A DNA stretch of 64,000 nt. It comes from Candidatus Hydrogenedentota bacterium. GTDB taxonomy: Bacteria; Hydrogenedentota; Hydrogenedentia; Hydrogenedentales; JAEUWI01. Below, one piece after another: positions 1-9,663 of this stretch. The notes beneath the pieces are model-generated. The model did no database searches. It was not told the origin of the DNA and was given only the letters and a program-made list of their open reading frames with translations. The stretch is taken from the NCBI GenBank assembly GCA_034669905.1, contig JAXMOL010000022.1:45007-109006 (forward strand). The letters run 5' to 3'. A program made the position numbers and the translations under genes. The stretch's first letter is position 1, and the number at the start of each line of letters is the position of its first letter.

Positions 1-189
1 GCCCGAAGCGAAGTTCGGGACTGTACCGGCAGTACGCCACGACGGCAGTCGGTCTCACCAATTCCACGTCTCCCCATACTGCCGGGACAGCCTCGCGCAT
101 CAACGTTCACTACTCACCCGTTGAATGCGCGATCACGCCCCCGTCCACACCCTACCCCACGTAGCTTTCAGCGCGCAGGCAGTCCCTGT

Positions 190-408
190 GGGACGGTATC
201 GCGCCAGTGCAACGCAGGTATTCCAAGATGGCATTACACCATCCCAGCCACTCCGCCCATAGACGCGCCACGTCAACGCGCGTTCCTGTCCCGGTGGCCG
301 TAGCTTCCTAACCCCACACCACATATGACGGACCGCTGGCGGTTCGCTAAAATCTGCTCACACGGCCCGCCGACCCGCTCGCCAAGCCCACCGGGACATG
401 CAGCCGCC
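190..408. repeat. Copy A of a diverged ~200-bp non-coding element (copy B at 7666-7859)
   Basis: Colinear shared blocks: GGGACGGTATCGCGC (190-204 = 7666-7680); a 30-nt block with 28/30 identity (274-303 vs 7749-7778); CCCACCGGGACATGCAGCCGCC (387-408 = 7838-7859). Confidence 0.85.
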
Positions 409-611
409 TTTGAGCGCGCCATGGCAAACCAAGTCACGCCAAGCGACCACAGGCAATCGTCCCTACCCATAGGGCCCCTGCGGCAGAAGGGTGCTTCAAC
501 CCGCATTCCAAAGTGCTGCTCGGCACCCGCCGGCATCACCAATACGTCATGGCGCATATCCTTATAGGGAACTACCCCTACATGTCCTTGCTCCTGATTT
601 TGCCAGTCGGG

Positions 612-3600
612 TTATGCCTTCGGACCAGCGGTGTCAGCAGAGATGCCGGCATCGAAAGTCTTCTTGCTCCTGTGGGCGACAAGATAGAGAATCGGAAGCA
701 CAATAAGGGTCAGTATCGTATTGGTGATCACGCCGCCTACCACGACGGTCGCGAGTGGTCGTTGTACCTCGGCCCCGACACCGGTGGATAGGGCCATAGG
801 AATGAATCCCGCTGCGTCGGTGACGGCGGTTGCCAATACGGGACGCAGACGTTGCTTGCCTGCCTCGATGACCGCATTAAGTATGGGTAGCCCGTCATTT
901 GAATAGCCACGAATCGCCGCCACGAGCACCTGTCCATTGAGGACCGCGATACCACTCAAGGCAATGAACCCGACTGCTGCACTCACGCTGAACGGAATAT
1001 CTCTCAGATACAACGACAGGATGCCACCCACGAAGGCGAAGGGAATCCCGGTGTAGATGATGAGCACGTCTCGCAGCCGTCCGAGGCTGAAATAGAGCAG
1101 CATGAAGACTAGCAGTAGCGTGAGGGGCACAATGATGGCGAGCCGCCATTGAGCCCGCTCAAGGTTCTCGAACTGCCCACCCCAATCGACGACGTAGCCC
1201 TCTGGAAGATCTACTTCGCGGGCAATGGCCCCTTTGGCTTCCTCGACGAAGGACCCGACGTCGCGCCCCCGCACGTTCGCCTGAACGCGAATAAGACGCC
1301 GACTCCACTCCCGGTTGATCGTCGCCGGGCTGTCACCGAGCCTCACGTCGGCCAGTTGATTCAATTGGAGCCGGGCACCCGATTCAGTCGCGATACGTAC
1401 TTCAGACAATTTCTGCACGTCCGTCCGGTACTCGTCCGGGAGCCGCATGACTAAGGGGAATACTCGCTGGCCTTCATAGATTGAACCGACCTTCGTTCCA
1501 CCGACCGCCTCGACCATATCCAGCACGTCGCCGCCCGGAATCCCGAACCGGGCGATGCGGGCTTGATCGACTTCGACCTGTAGTGTGGGCTGTCCGGTCA
1601 CCTGATCCACGGAGAGATCCGCTGCACCGTCAACGTTAATCAGGGCGGCTTGGACTTCATCGGCCAACCGCACCAATTCGTCGAAGTCGTCGCCATAGAT
1701 CTTGATGCCCACGTCGGAACGCATGCCAGCCGACAGTTCGTTCATCCGCAACTCAATCGGCTGGGAGTAGGCGATGTTTAGCCCCGGCATGATGGCGAGC
1801 CGTTGCTCAATCGAGTCAATCAATTCGGTCTGGTTGGTCGCCCGCGTCCATTGTTTCCGTGGGTGGAGCGTCATAAAGATATCCGTGAGTTCCGTCCCCA
1901 TCGGGTCAGTGGCAACCTCCGCAACACCGATGCGGCTCCAGACATACTTGATTTCGTCCGGATACTCTTCGAGGAGGACCTTCTCGATCCGGGTGTTGTA
2001 ATTCACCGACGTGGGAATGGATATCCCCGCAAGCCGGATCACGTTGGCGGCAATCGCACCCTCGCTCAGCCGTGGGGTAAATTCTGCTCCAAGGCGCGTC
2101 GCGAAGAACCCAGTCCCGACGAGAATAGCAACAGTCAGCGGAAGCACGGCCCATCGCAACATCAATGATGCCTTGAGAATCCGCTCGTACACGACAACGA
2201 GTAGGTGGCCCAATCCTTTGCGTTCCGGCTTCGCGTTCCAGGGCAGGGCGTAGTACGAGAGCACTGGCGAGACGAAGATGGCGAGCACAAGTGCTCCGGC
2301 CAGGGCGAGGATAAAAGTGAATGCCATCGGCCGAAACATCTTGCCTTCGACCCCTTCCAGCGTCAGTATTGGGAAGAAGACAATCATGATGATCACCATC
2401 CCGAAAACGATTGGTCGGACGACTTCCCGGCTCGATTCGAGCATGCAGGCAAGACGTTCCTTGCTCGTCAGTTTTCCTCCCTTCTCCGCTTGCCGCTCTC
2501 GCAGGCGACGCAAGTTGGTTTCGGTCATGACAACGCTGCCATCCACCAAGATGCCGAAATCGATGGCACCCAGACTCAACAGGCTCGCGGCGATGGCGAA
2601 CTCGAACATACCGAGAACGGCGAAGAGCATCGCCATGGGAATGGTCACCGCGACCAGCAGGCCCGCTTGGAGATTGCCTAGCAACACAAACAGCACGACT
2701 ATGACTAACGCCGCTCCCATGAGCAGATTGTGTTCGACTGTCCCGATGACCTTGTCCACCAGTTCGGTTCGGTCGTAGACCACAGTCAAGACGATGTCTT
2801 CAGGGAGGGAAGGAGCAACCGACTCCAGCCGCTCGCGAAGGGCGGCGGTTACCTCGTTGCTGTTCTCGCCGAGCAGCATAAACCCCAGGCCCATCAATGC
2901 CTCGCCCTGCCCTTGGAAGGTGATTGCCCCCCGGCGGATTTCGTGGTCTAGCCGTACTTCGGCAAGATCGTGGATGTGGATCGGCGTGCCATCGAATGCC
3001 GCCACGACGATGTCGCCGATTTCCTGCGTTGTTGAGACCCGGCCAAGTCCATGAACCAAGAGGGACTCGCCCGAGCGGGTGACCTGCCCGCCACCCGCAT
3101 TGCGGTTGTTGTGTTCCAGGGCGGATTTCACTTCGCCCAAGGTGAGTTCGTACTCGATGAGGGCGTTGGGATCGACGATGACGTGGTACTGTTTTTCAAA
3201 GCCGCCCCAACTGTTGACCTCGGCGACGCCGGGCACCTTGAGGAGTTCCGGCTTTACCACCCAATCGTGAATCTCACGAATTTCCATGGTCGTGCGATCC
3301 GGATCATCCGACCGCATGACATAGTGGAGCACCTCGCCCAATCCCGTCGAGATTGGTCCAAGCTGTGGCTGCTCAATTCCCTCTGGCAGCACCACGGTGT
3401 TGAGGCGCTCCATGATGAATTGGCGGGCGTTATAGATGTCCGTGTCATCGTCGAAGACCGCGACCACCTGCGAAAATCCGAATTTCGACGCGGAACGGAC
3501 GTTCTGCAAGCCCGGTAGTCCCGAAATGGCCAGTTCGATGGGCAGGGTTATCTGCTGCTCGATTTCGGCTGCATTGAGCGATTCCGCCGTCGTATTGACT

Positions 3601-3743
3601 TGGACCTGTATCGGCGACGTGTCGGGAAACGCATCGACCGGCAATGTGGTCAATCGCCAAGCACCTAAGCCGCAAATCAGCACGAGGAGGGCGACGACAA
3701 GAATTCGGTTGTTAAGGGCGTAATCTGTTAGGCGTTCTAGCAT
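612..3743 (-). CDS. czcA: CusA/CzcA-family heavy-metal efflux RND permease
   Basis: ~1040 aa with HME-RND motifs LPVDAFPD, SLGAIDFGILVDG, RLRPVLATA and AEVQRPLATVVVGG; start moved to ATG 3743 (MLERL) just after the adaptor stop. Confidence 0.93.
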   Translation of the reverse strand: MLERLTDYALNNRILVVALLVLICGLGAWRLTTLPVDAFPDTSPIQVQVNTTAESLNAAEIEQQITLPIELAISGLPGLQNVRSASKFGFSQVVAVFDDDTDIYNARQFIMERLNTVVLPEGIEQPQLGPISTGLGEVLHYVMRSDDPDRTTMEIREIHDWVVKPELLKVPGVAEVNSWGGFEKQYHVIVDPNALIEYELTLGEVKSALEHNNRNAGGGQVTRSGESLLVHGLGRVSTTQEIGDIVVAAFDGTPIHIHDLAEVRLDHEIRRGAITFQGQGEALMGLGFMLLGENSNEVTAALRERLESVAPSLPEDIVLTVVYDRTELVDKVIGTVEHNLLMGAALVIVVLFVLLGNLQAGLLVAVTIPMAMLFAVLGMFEFAIAASLLSLGAIDFGILVDGSVVMTETNLRRLRERQAEKGGKLTSKERLACMLESSREVVRPIVFGMVIIMIVFFPILTLEGVEGKMFRPMAFTFILALAGALVLAIFVSPVLSYYALPWNAKPERKGLGHLLVVVYERILKASLMLRWAVLPLTVAILVGTGFFATRLGAEFTPRLSEGAIAANVIRLAGISIPTSVNYNTRIEKVLLEEYPDEIKYVWSRIGVAEVATDPMGTELTDIFMTLHPRKQWTRATNQTELIDSIEQRLAIMPGLNIAYSQPIELRMNELSAGMRSDVGIKIYGDDFDELVRLADEVQAALINVDGAADLSVDQVTGQPTLQVEVDQARIARFGIPGGDVLDMVEAVGGTKVGSIYEGQRVFPLVMRLPDEYRTDVQKLSEVRIATESGARLQLNQLADVRLGDSPATINREWSRRLIRVQANVRGRDVGSFVEEAKGAIAREVDLPEGYVVDWGGQFENLERAQWRLAIIVPLTLLLVFMLLYFSLGRLRDVLIIYTGIPFAFVGGILSLYLRDIPFSVSAAVGFIALSGIAVLNGQVLVAAIRGYSNDGLPILNAVIEAGKQRLRPVLATAVTDAAGFIPMALSTGVGAEVQRPLATVVVGGVITNTILTLIVLPILYLVAHRSKKTFDAGISADTAGPKA

Positions 3744-3756
3744 GTCTTCATCCCGC

Positions 3757-5457
3757 CTAATCGTCTGCGCAGCCCGCACCAAGGCGGGCTTTGAGAAACT
3801 CGGATTTCAGAAGGTAACTGCCGTCGAAGGCGATCTCGTCGGAGGAAGCCAGTCCGCCAAGAACCTGAACCTGATCGCCTCGTTTTTGTCCCAGACGTAC
3901 GAGTCTGGTCTCGAATAGATCCTGGTCGAGACGGGCGAACACGATGGATTGGCCATCGACTTCTTGGACGGCGGATTCCGGCACGTGCAGACCCTGCATG
4001 GTGGTTCCCGATGTGAGGGACACTTCACCGAAAAGACCATCCTTCAACATACCATGTTGATTCGGCAATACAACGCGGGCCTCGAAAGTGCGGGTTCTGT
4101 GGTCGATGCTTGGAGCGATCCAGGAAATCTCGCCTTGGAACATCAGCCCCGGGTACGCATCAAATTGGGCATTGATCGTCTGGCCTTCCTCGACCGACAT
4201 CAATTGAGTCTCGGACATCGAGAGCTTCATCCATACCGTGGAGAGATCGGCCACATGAAACAACGGTGAACCGACCTCTACCGCCGTTCCTTTCACAGCG
4301 AGCCTCTCTACGACTGTTCCGTCGAAGGGCGCGCGGACTTCCAGTCGGGAGCTGGTCGAACGTGTGCGGCGGACTTCATTGAGCTCCTCGGAGGTCAGCC
4401 CGAGATTGAGCAAGCGCTGGGCGGCAAAGTCAATCTCGCTCTCGGTCGTAGCGACCACCGACTGCGCCTCTTCTAGGTCCTTCCTCGCGGAAATTTCGCG
4501 GGTATATAGATCCTTTTCCCGAGCATAGGTCTTCTGGGCGAGGGATGCTTCGGCCACGGCTTTGAGAAGTACACTCTTTGCTTCCGCCACGGCGGGAGAG
4601 TTTAGTGTCGCCAGGAGTTGTCCCGACGCCACTTCATCGCCTGCTTCCACGAGTACATCCATGATGACACCGCTTCCCAGGGGCGTTACGATGGCAAGCT
4701 GATTCCGGTTGTATGAAACCTCGCCCAACATCGTCTGCATCGCACTTGAGCCGCCTTCTTTGGGCCTTCCCAGCGAGACTCCCGCTTGGTCTACCGAGGA
4801 CGGATCCGCTAAACGGACTTTGAGTCCTGAACCAAAATCAAGATTGGCCAGCAATTGCGGCTGACAAATGCCGCACTCATTCTCGGCAACGTCATGCTCA
4901 TCGCACCAGAGCACCCTGGATTCACGGGTCTTCTCGAGCTGGCCCGCCTGACCGTGCTCTCCAGACTCATCGATCTCGTCATGGCGCTCGTCAGACAGTG
5001 TTGCTGCGGACATTAAATCCGGGTGGCAGATGTAACACTCATCCTCGTAGCGATCATGCTCGCGGCACCACAGGCGTCCTGGCTCCCGTTGATCGGCGGG
5101 GAGGTTCAATGACGGAACATCGTCTATATCAAAAGATGCCGAGGTATCGTGGTCACCACTGTCGTGATGCCCATCTTCCTCGTAGATATCTGGGGCACCT
5201 GCCTTACTTCCCTCTGGACGCAAGTCGGGGTGACAGATATAACATTCGTCCTCGTAGCGGCTGTGTTCTGTACACCAGAGACGATCCGGGTCGCGCTCCT
5301 CAGGTGGGAGGTTCAATGACGGGACATCGTCATCTGAGGGAGGCGTGACGGCTGCTTCGCCTGCCCCACCGAATCCGGTCACAACGTAAACACCTGCAAT
5401 GGCTATTGCGGTCAGAAATGCGAGAGAACCCGCAATTAGGGTGGTCTTGGTCTTCAT
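3757..5457 (-). CDS. czcB: RND periplasmic adaptor (CzcB/CusB-like) with N-terminal Cys/His repeats
   Basis: N-terminal TM anchor; MFP motifs (VRAPFDGTV, VADLSTVW, IDHRTRT, VPESAVQ); three WCxEH...ECxxC repeats. Confidence 0.9.
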   Translation of the reverse strand: MKTKTTLIAGSLAFLTAIAIAGVYVVTGFGGAGEAAVTPPSDDDVPSLNLPPEERDPDRLWCTEHSRYEDECYICHPDLRPEGSKAGAPDIYEEDGHHDSGDHDTSASFDIDDVPSLNLPADQREPGRLWCREHDRYEDECYICHPDLMSAATLSDERHDEIDESGEHGQAGQLEKTRESRVLWCDEHDVAENECGICQPQLLANLDFGSGLKVRLADPSSVDQAGVSLGRPKEGGSSAMQTMLGEVSYNRNQLAIVTPLGSGVIMDVLVEAGDEVASGQLLATLNSPAVAEAKSVLLKAVAEASLAQKTYAREKDLYTREISARKDLEEAQSVVATTESEIDFAAQRLLNLGLTSEELNEVRRTRSTSSRLEVRAPFDGTVVERLAVKGTAVEVGSPLFHVADLSTVWMKLSMSETQLMSVEEGQTINAQFDAYPGLMFQGEISWIAPSIDHRTRTFEARVVLPNQHGMLKDGLFGEVSLTSGTTMQGLHVPESAVQEVDGQSIVFARLDQDLFETRLVRLGQKRGDQVQVLGGLASSDEIAFDGSYLLKSEFLKARLGAGCADD

Positions 5458-5459
5458 GA

Positions 5460-6992
5460 TTATTCTTCCTCGACGGTTGGCGAGATGGCTCGCTCATCGT
5501 GGTTAATAGCTATGGCTGGGTCAGACATCACGTCCCAGACGGAATCATTGTTGAATATACCTGCACCGAGGGTCTGCTCCATTGCGGCGACGGCGGTGTG
5601 GTAGGCGATCTCGGCTTCGGTCGCTCTCAATCGCGCATCCACCAACTGCCGTTCAGCATCCAGTACGGTGACAAAATCGAACTTGCCGCTCCGATAGCCG
5701 ACTTGCGTGAGATCAAAGGTTTCCTGCATCTCCGGAATCACGGAGACTCGGAGCGATTCGGCGGCTTCCCGTGCACCCGAGGCGGCAGCATGAAACGCTG
5801 TGACGCGGGCATCCAGGGAACGCTCGGTCGCACGCCGCTCGTAGGCTGTCTTTTGCACCTGGTACTCGGCCTCTTTGCGTGCCCCCTGATTGCGATTGAA
5901 GATTGGAAGCGGTATTGAAATCTCGATGCTCAACGAATGTTCCCAATCGTCGTTCGAACCCCTACTTACTCGCGAAAGGGACAGCCCTTCAGCGCCAAGG
6001 CCGAATGATCGGCTTGATTCGCCGCCCAGCCCTTCGGCCCGATAGCCAAAGGTCAACTCCAAATCCGGGATGGCGCGCCGCTCCTCCAGTTGAAGGACAG
6101 CCTTCCGCCGGGCAAGTTCGTACTCCCACTGCCTTAGAATCGGATGATCTTGCTTCTTTTCGAGCAGCGCCTCAATTGCAGGCAGTTCAGGCATGCTGGT
6201 CACATCGCCTTCGACCGCCTCGAATGCCGGCTCGTTTGATCCCCACATCGCCGCCAGCCGAATCTTGGCTTGGTGCACGACTTGCTCCCGGCGTCTCTGT
6301 TCGATGCGTAAAGATTCGACGGCGGTTCGTGCACGACGTCCCTCCAGCGGCGACGATTCCCCAGCCTCGACAAGCTCTTCGACTGTACTTGTCAGACGCT
6401 CTCCGAGCTCGACGAGTTCTCCAAACTGCCGGACTCCCTCCTGTGCCGCAAGCACGTCGTTGAACGCCACGACGACCTCGCCAATGACCCGATAACGAGC
6501 CACCTCGTAGTCCCAGGCAGCGGCATCCTTGCCCCGTTGGGCGGCTTCAATCCGAGCCGAACGCTTGCCTCCGAGTTCGATGATCTGCGAGAGCCGAAGT
6601 GTAATCTCAGCCTGCCCGAACACGCTTCGCGATTCGGATTCCCGCTCGCGTTCGAGACCGAACGTGGGCGAACCATCAGCCGCGAGGCCCAGACTTCTAC
6701 TTGTACCGCCACTAACCGATGACCCACCCAGCGCGATGTTCTCCACTTCGAGTGAGAGTTCCGGATTGGGCCGAAGACCCGCCTGAATGATCCTGGCGTC
6801 GGCTATCCGGACGTCCCAGGGATATACCTCCAGGCCGGGATTGCCGAGAACGGCGGCTTCCATGGCATCGCTCAGCCGCAGGATGCCGGTCGGCTCAGGT
6901 GTCTCTGGCTGCACCGATTGCGCCAAAGTGCTTGAGGTAAGACTTAAAGCCATACCAAGATATGCAAAACTTTGGAAAAAACGAAGGGACAT
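5460..6992 (-). CDS. czcC: TolC/CzcC-family outer-membrane efflux protein
   Basis: Signal peptide; QAGLRPNPEL, LSQIIELGGKR, SIPLPIFNRNQG and VLDAERQL; operon position; likely start ATG 6992 (MSLRFFQ). Confidence 0.9.
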   Translation of the reverse strand: MSLRFFQSFAYLGMALSLTSSTLAQSVQPETPEPTGILRLSDAMEAAVLGNPGLEVYPWDVRIADARIIQAGLRPNPELSLEVENIALGGSSVSGGTSRSLGLAADGSPTFGLERERESESRSVFGQAEITLRLSQIIELGGKRSARIEAAQRGKDAAAWDYEVARYRVIGEVVVAFNDVLAAQEGVRQFGELVELGERLTSTVEELVEAGESSPLEGRRARTAVESLRIEQRRREQVVHQAKIRLAAMWGSNEPAFEAVEGDVTSMPELPAIEALLEKKQDHPILRQWEYELARRKAVLQLEERRAIPDLELTFGYRAEGLGGESSRSFGLGAEGLSLSRVSRGSNDDWEHSLSIEISIPLPIFNRNQGARKEAEYQVQKTAYERRATERSLDARVTAFHAAASGAREAAESLRVSVIPEMQETFDLTQVGYRSGKFDFVTVLDAERQLVDARLRATEAEIAYHTAVAAMEQTLGAGIFNNDSVWDVMSDPAIAINHDERAISPTVEEE

Positions 6993-7067
6993 CGTCCCAC
7001 CTCCTCTAGACGCATCCACAAATGGACACAGTTCTTCTGCCATTAAGGGGCTAAGAGGTGGGGGATA

Positions 7068-7469
7068 TCAGATGAGCAGGATAGTAGTGCCTACGGAAGG
7101 CGCGGTAGGGAGCGGGCAGTTTGCGTGAACGGTGCTGACCCGCGAGGCGACCTCGCATCGCGATTCCGACACACCAAATTGGGACAATACGTGCAGCGGG
7201 TTTAGCGAGGGTGGATGCTCATTCGTGGAAGTCGGGGCTACCACAGCGCTCCTGGTCTCGGGCAACGGAACATCAATGCAGCATTGGTGGTCACGCTCTA
7301 CAGAAATGGCAACTCCTGCGGTGTACGATTCCACCGTACAGCAGTTATCCTGATCGTGGGCTTCGATGGCGATGTGCCCATCTTGGCCGATGCATAGCAC
7401 CATCCCGCTCGCCGTCCCCGCGAACGTGAGTAAGACCAAGAATACATTGTGTAAGATCAGACGAATCAT
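7068..7469 (-). CDS. Small Cys/His-rich exported protein leading the efflux operon
   Basis: Hydrophobic N-terminus, then VLCIGQDGHIAIEAH, CC and HQCCIDVP; first gene upstream of czcC. Confidence 0.7.
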   Translation of the reverse strand: MIRLILHNVFLVLLTFAGTASGMVLCIGQDGHIAIEAHDQDNCCTVESYTAGVAISVERDHQCCIDVPLPETRSAVVAPTSTNEHPPSLNPLHVLSQFGVSESRCEVASRVSTVHANCPLPTAPSVGTTILLI

Positions 7470-7498
7470 AGAAGTAACCAACTATTTTCCCTAAAATG

Positions 7499-7539
7499 AG
7501 CGTACAATATACCCTTTGGATTTGTCAAACGACAGGGTA
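7499..7539 (-). promoter_or_regulatory. Putative sigma70 promoter of the efflux operon with an overlapping inverted repeat
   Basis: Minus strand TTGACA (7528-7523), N18, TACGCT (7504-7499); TACCCT (7510-7515) and AGGGTA (7534-7539) bracket the -35. Confidence 0.5.
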
Positions 7540-7665
7540 ATCACAAATAGTTTTTGGGAAAACCAAGGAACAGTCGGCCAGGGGGCTTCGCCGCACTTGG
7601 GAGCCACTGGCACCCATTCCGGCGGGCCGCCGGCGCTCCATAGGCTCGTCCACTGGGCGACGGAC

Positions 7666-7859
7666 GGGACGGTATCGCGCACGAAGCCCCGGCGTAATCC
7701 AAGTCCGCGTCACTCCAGCCCACACGCCTGTCATCACCCCCACGATGCCAACGCGCGTTCCTGTACGGGTGGCCGTAGGCACGCCGATCACCAATTCCAT
7801 CACGAAATCCAGTTCGCAGCCCAGTCCCTTCCCCCGCCCCACCGGGACATGCAGCCGCC
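7666..7859. repeat. Copy B of the diverged non-coding element (copy A at 190-408)
   Basis: Same blocks in the same orientation; also TCACCAATTCCA at 7788-7799, identical to 55-66. Confidence 0.85.
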
Positions 7860-8036
7860 CGACGGACAATCGGGCAACCCCAGAGTCGAAAAAAGAGCGG
7901 CTATCGGCGCACACCCCAACAACGCTTCAGCCCTCTGCGGCAGAACGTCCCTGCCACCCCCGTCGACACGCGCAGCCGGCGAATAGCAAGCAAGCCAGGA
8001 AGAGGTGGATTCGAAGCTCCCCCTAATACAAAATGG

Positions 8037-8073
8037 GGCTGACAATCGAGGCCGCCCGCCTCGATCATCAGCC
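8037..8073 (-). terminator. Hairpin downstream of the cold-shock gene, possible terminator
   Basis: GGCTGA-ca-ATCGAGGC / GCCTCGAT-ca-TCAGCC stem; short T-run follows on the minus strand. Confidence 0.5.
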
Positions 8074-8100
8074 GATTGACCCAATAAGCTATTGGAAACG

Positions 8101-8340
8101 TCAGGCTTCTTTTGCGCCGGCTTTTTTCACCAGAACCGCTTGCGGTCCTTTCGTGCCCTCCTTCAGCTGGTATTCCACATCCTCACCTTGACGCAACGTG
8201 CGAAATCCGTCCATATCGATAGCGGTATGGTGCACGAAAACATCGCTTGCTTCATCGCGGGCGATGAACCCGTACCCCTTTTGATCGCTGAACCATTTGA
8301 CCTTTCCGGATTTCAGTGTAGAGGCTTCTAAATCAGACAC
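8101..8340 (-). CDS. Cold-shock protein (CspA family)
   Basis: GKVKWF, RNP1 KGYGFI, RNP2 DVFVHH, GFRTL and KGPQA; GTG start with GGAGGAGG RBS. Confidence 0.95.
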   Translation of the reverse strand: MSDLEASTLKSGKVKWFSDQKGYGFIARDEASDVFVHHTAIDMDGFRTLRQGEDVEYQLKEGTKGPQAVLVKKAGAKEA

Positions 8341-8440
8341 GACCTCCTCCCTTCCTGTTGCTGCTTACTCCCATGTAAGTACTGCAAGTATTTCCCTTGA
8401 AAACACCTGTTACGACCTACAAACCTATTCCGCAAATTCC

Positions 8441-8470
8441 AGCATAGACAGGAAGTGTGGAATCTGTCAA
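8441..8470 (-). promoter_or_regulatory. Sigma70 promoter for the cold-shock gene
   Basis: Minus strand TTGACA-N18-TATGCT, giving a ~95-nt 5' UTR. Confidence 0.65.
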
Positions 8471-8688
8471 TAGAAATAGTTGTGTTGTACTAAAGCAAGA
8501 CAGAAGGCTTGCAAATAATTTCCCTTATTTCAATAAAATCTAGCAAAAACCAGCCCAAAGGCGTCCAATTGAGCCAATCGGCCAAGGTGGCCGCTGCAGG
8601 ACTCCGTCTGGCGAGGGCCGTAGTTGCGGCGGGATGCGTCAGGCCGTATACTTCCGCATGGATTGTACACAGACCAGGGAGTGAGCAT

Positions 8689-9651
8689 ATGCGGGTATTG
8701 GTAACCGGGGGTGCGGGTTTCATTGGATCACATCTGTGTGATGCACTGGTGAAACGGGGTGATCAGGTCACCGTCTTGGATGACCTGAGTACGGGACGCT
8801 TTGAAAACATCGAGCATCTGGACTCGGTCACCTGTGTGGTCGATACGACCATGAACCAGGAAATCGTCCGTGATCTGGTGCGTGAGGTGGACGTCATCTA
8901 TCACCTGGCGGCCACGGTGGGCGTGCAGCTCGTGGTCGATCAACCCATCCACACCATCGTCAACAATATCCGCGGCACGGAAATCGTTCTGGAAGAAGCG
9001 TGTCGCTACCGCCGCAAGATTTTGCTCACGTCCACGAGTGAGGTCTATGGCAAGGGATCGCGGGAAATCTTCAACGAGGAAGATGATCGGGTCATCGGCC
9101 CCACCCACAAGCACCGCTGGTGCTATGCGGCTTCCAAGGCCATTGACGAGTTTCTCGCGTTGGCCTACTGGCATGAAAAGCGACACCCGGTTGTGGTCGT
9201 GCGCCTTTTCAACACGGTGGGCCCCCGTCAGACGGGGCGCTACGGTATGGTCATCCCCAACCTGGTCTCTCAGGCGCTGGAAGGGCGCCCCCTGACCGTC
9301 TTTGGCGATGGCACCCAGTCCCGGTGCTTTACCTATGTGGGCGATGTCGTGCCCGCACTGGTCACCCTGATGGACCGCAACGACCTCAACGGCGAAGTCT
9401 TCAATATCGGCAGCGACCACCGGGTCTCCATCACCGATCTGGCCCAGCAAATCATCACGCAGTGCGGCAGCCCATCGAAAATCACCTACATCCCCTATGA
9501 CGAAGCCTACGGCGCCGGCTATGAAGATATGCAGCACCGTGCACCCTGCCTGGAAAAGATCAGCAAGGCCATCGGCTACGCGCCCACCACTGACCTGTCC
9601 GCCATCCTTGATTCGGTCATCACCGAACAACGCCAGCGGGCAAGCCGTTAA
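8689..9651 (+). CDS. NAD-dependent nucleotide-sugar epimerase/dehydratase (extended SDR)
   Basis: MRVLVTGGAGFIGSHL, STSEVYG, YAASK and RLFNTVGPRQ; start moved to ATG 8689. Confidence 0.93.
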   Translation: MRVLVTGGAGFIGSHLCDALVKRGDQVTVLDDLSTGRFENIEHLDSVTCVVDTTMNQEIVRDLVREVDVIYHLAATVGVQLVVDQPIHTIVNNIRGTEIVLEEACRYRRKILLTSTSEVYGKGSREIFNEEDDRVIGPTHKHRWCYAASKAIDEFLALAYWHEKRHPVVVVRLFNTVGPRQTGRYGMVIPNLVSQALEGRPLTVFGDGTQSRCFTYVGDVVPALVTLMDRNDLNGEVFNIGSDHRVSITDLAQQIITQCGSPSKITYIPYDEAYGAGYEDMQHRAPCLEKISKAIGYAPTTDLSAILDSVITEQRQRASR

Positions 9652-9663
9652 TGCCCTCCACCA

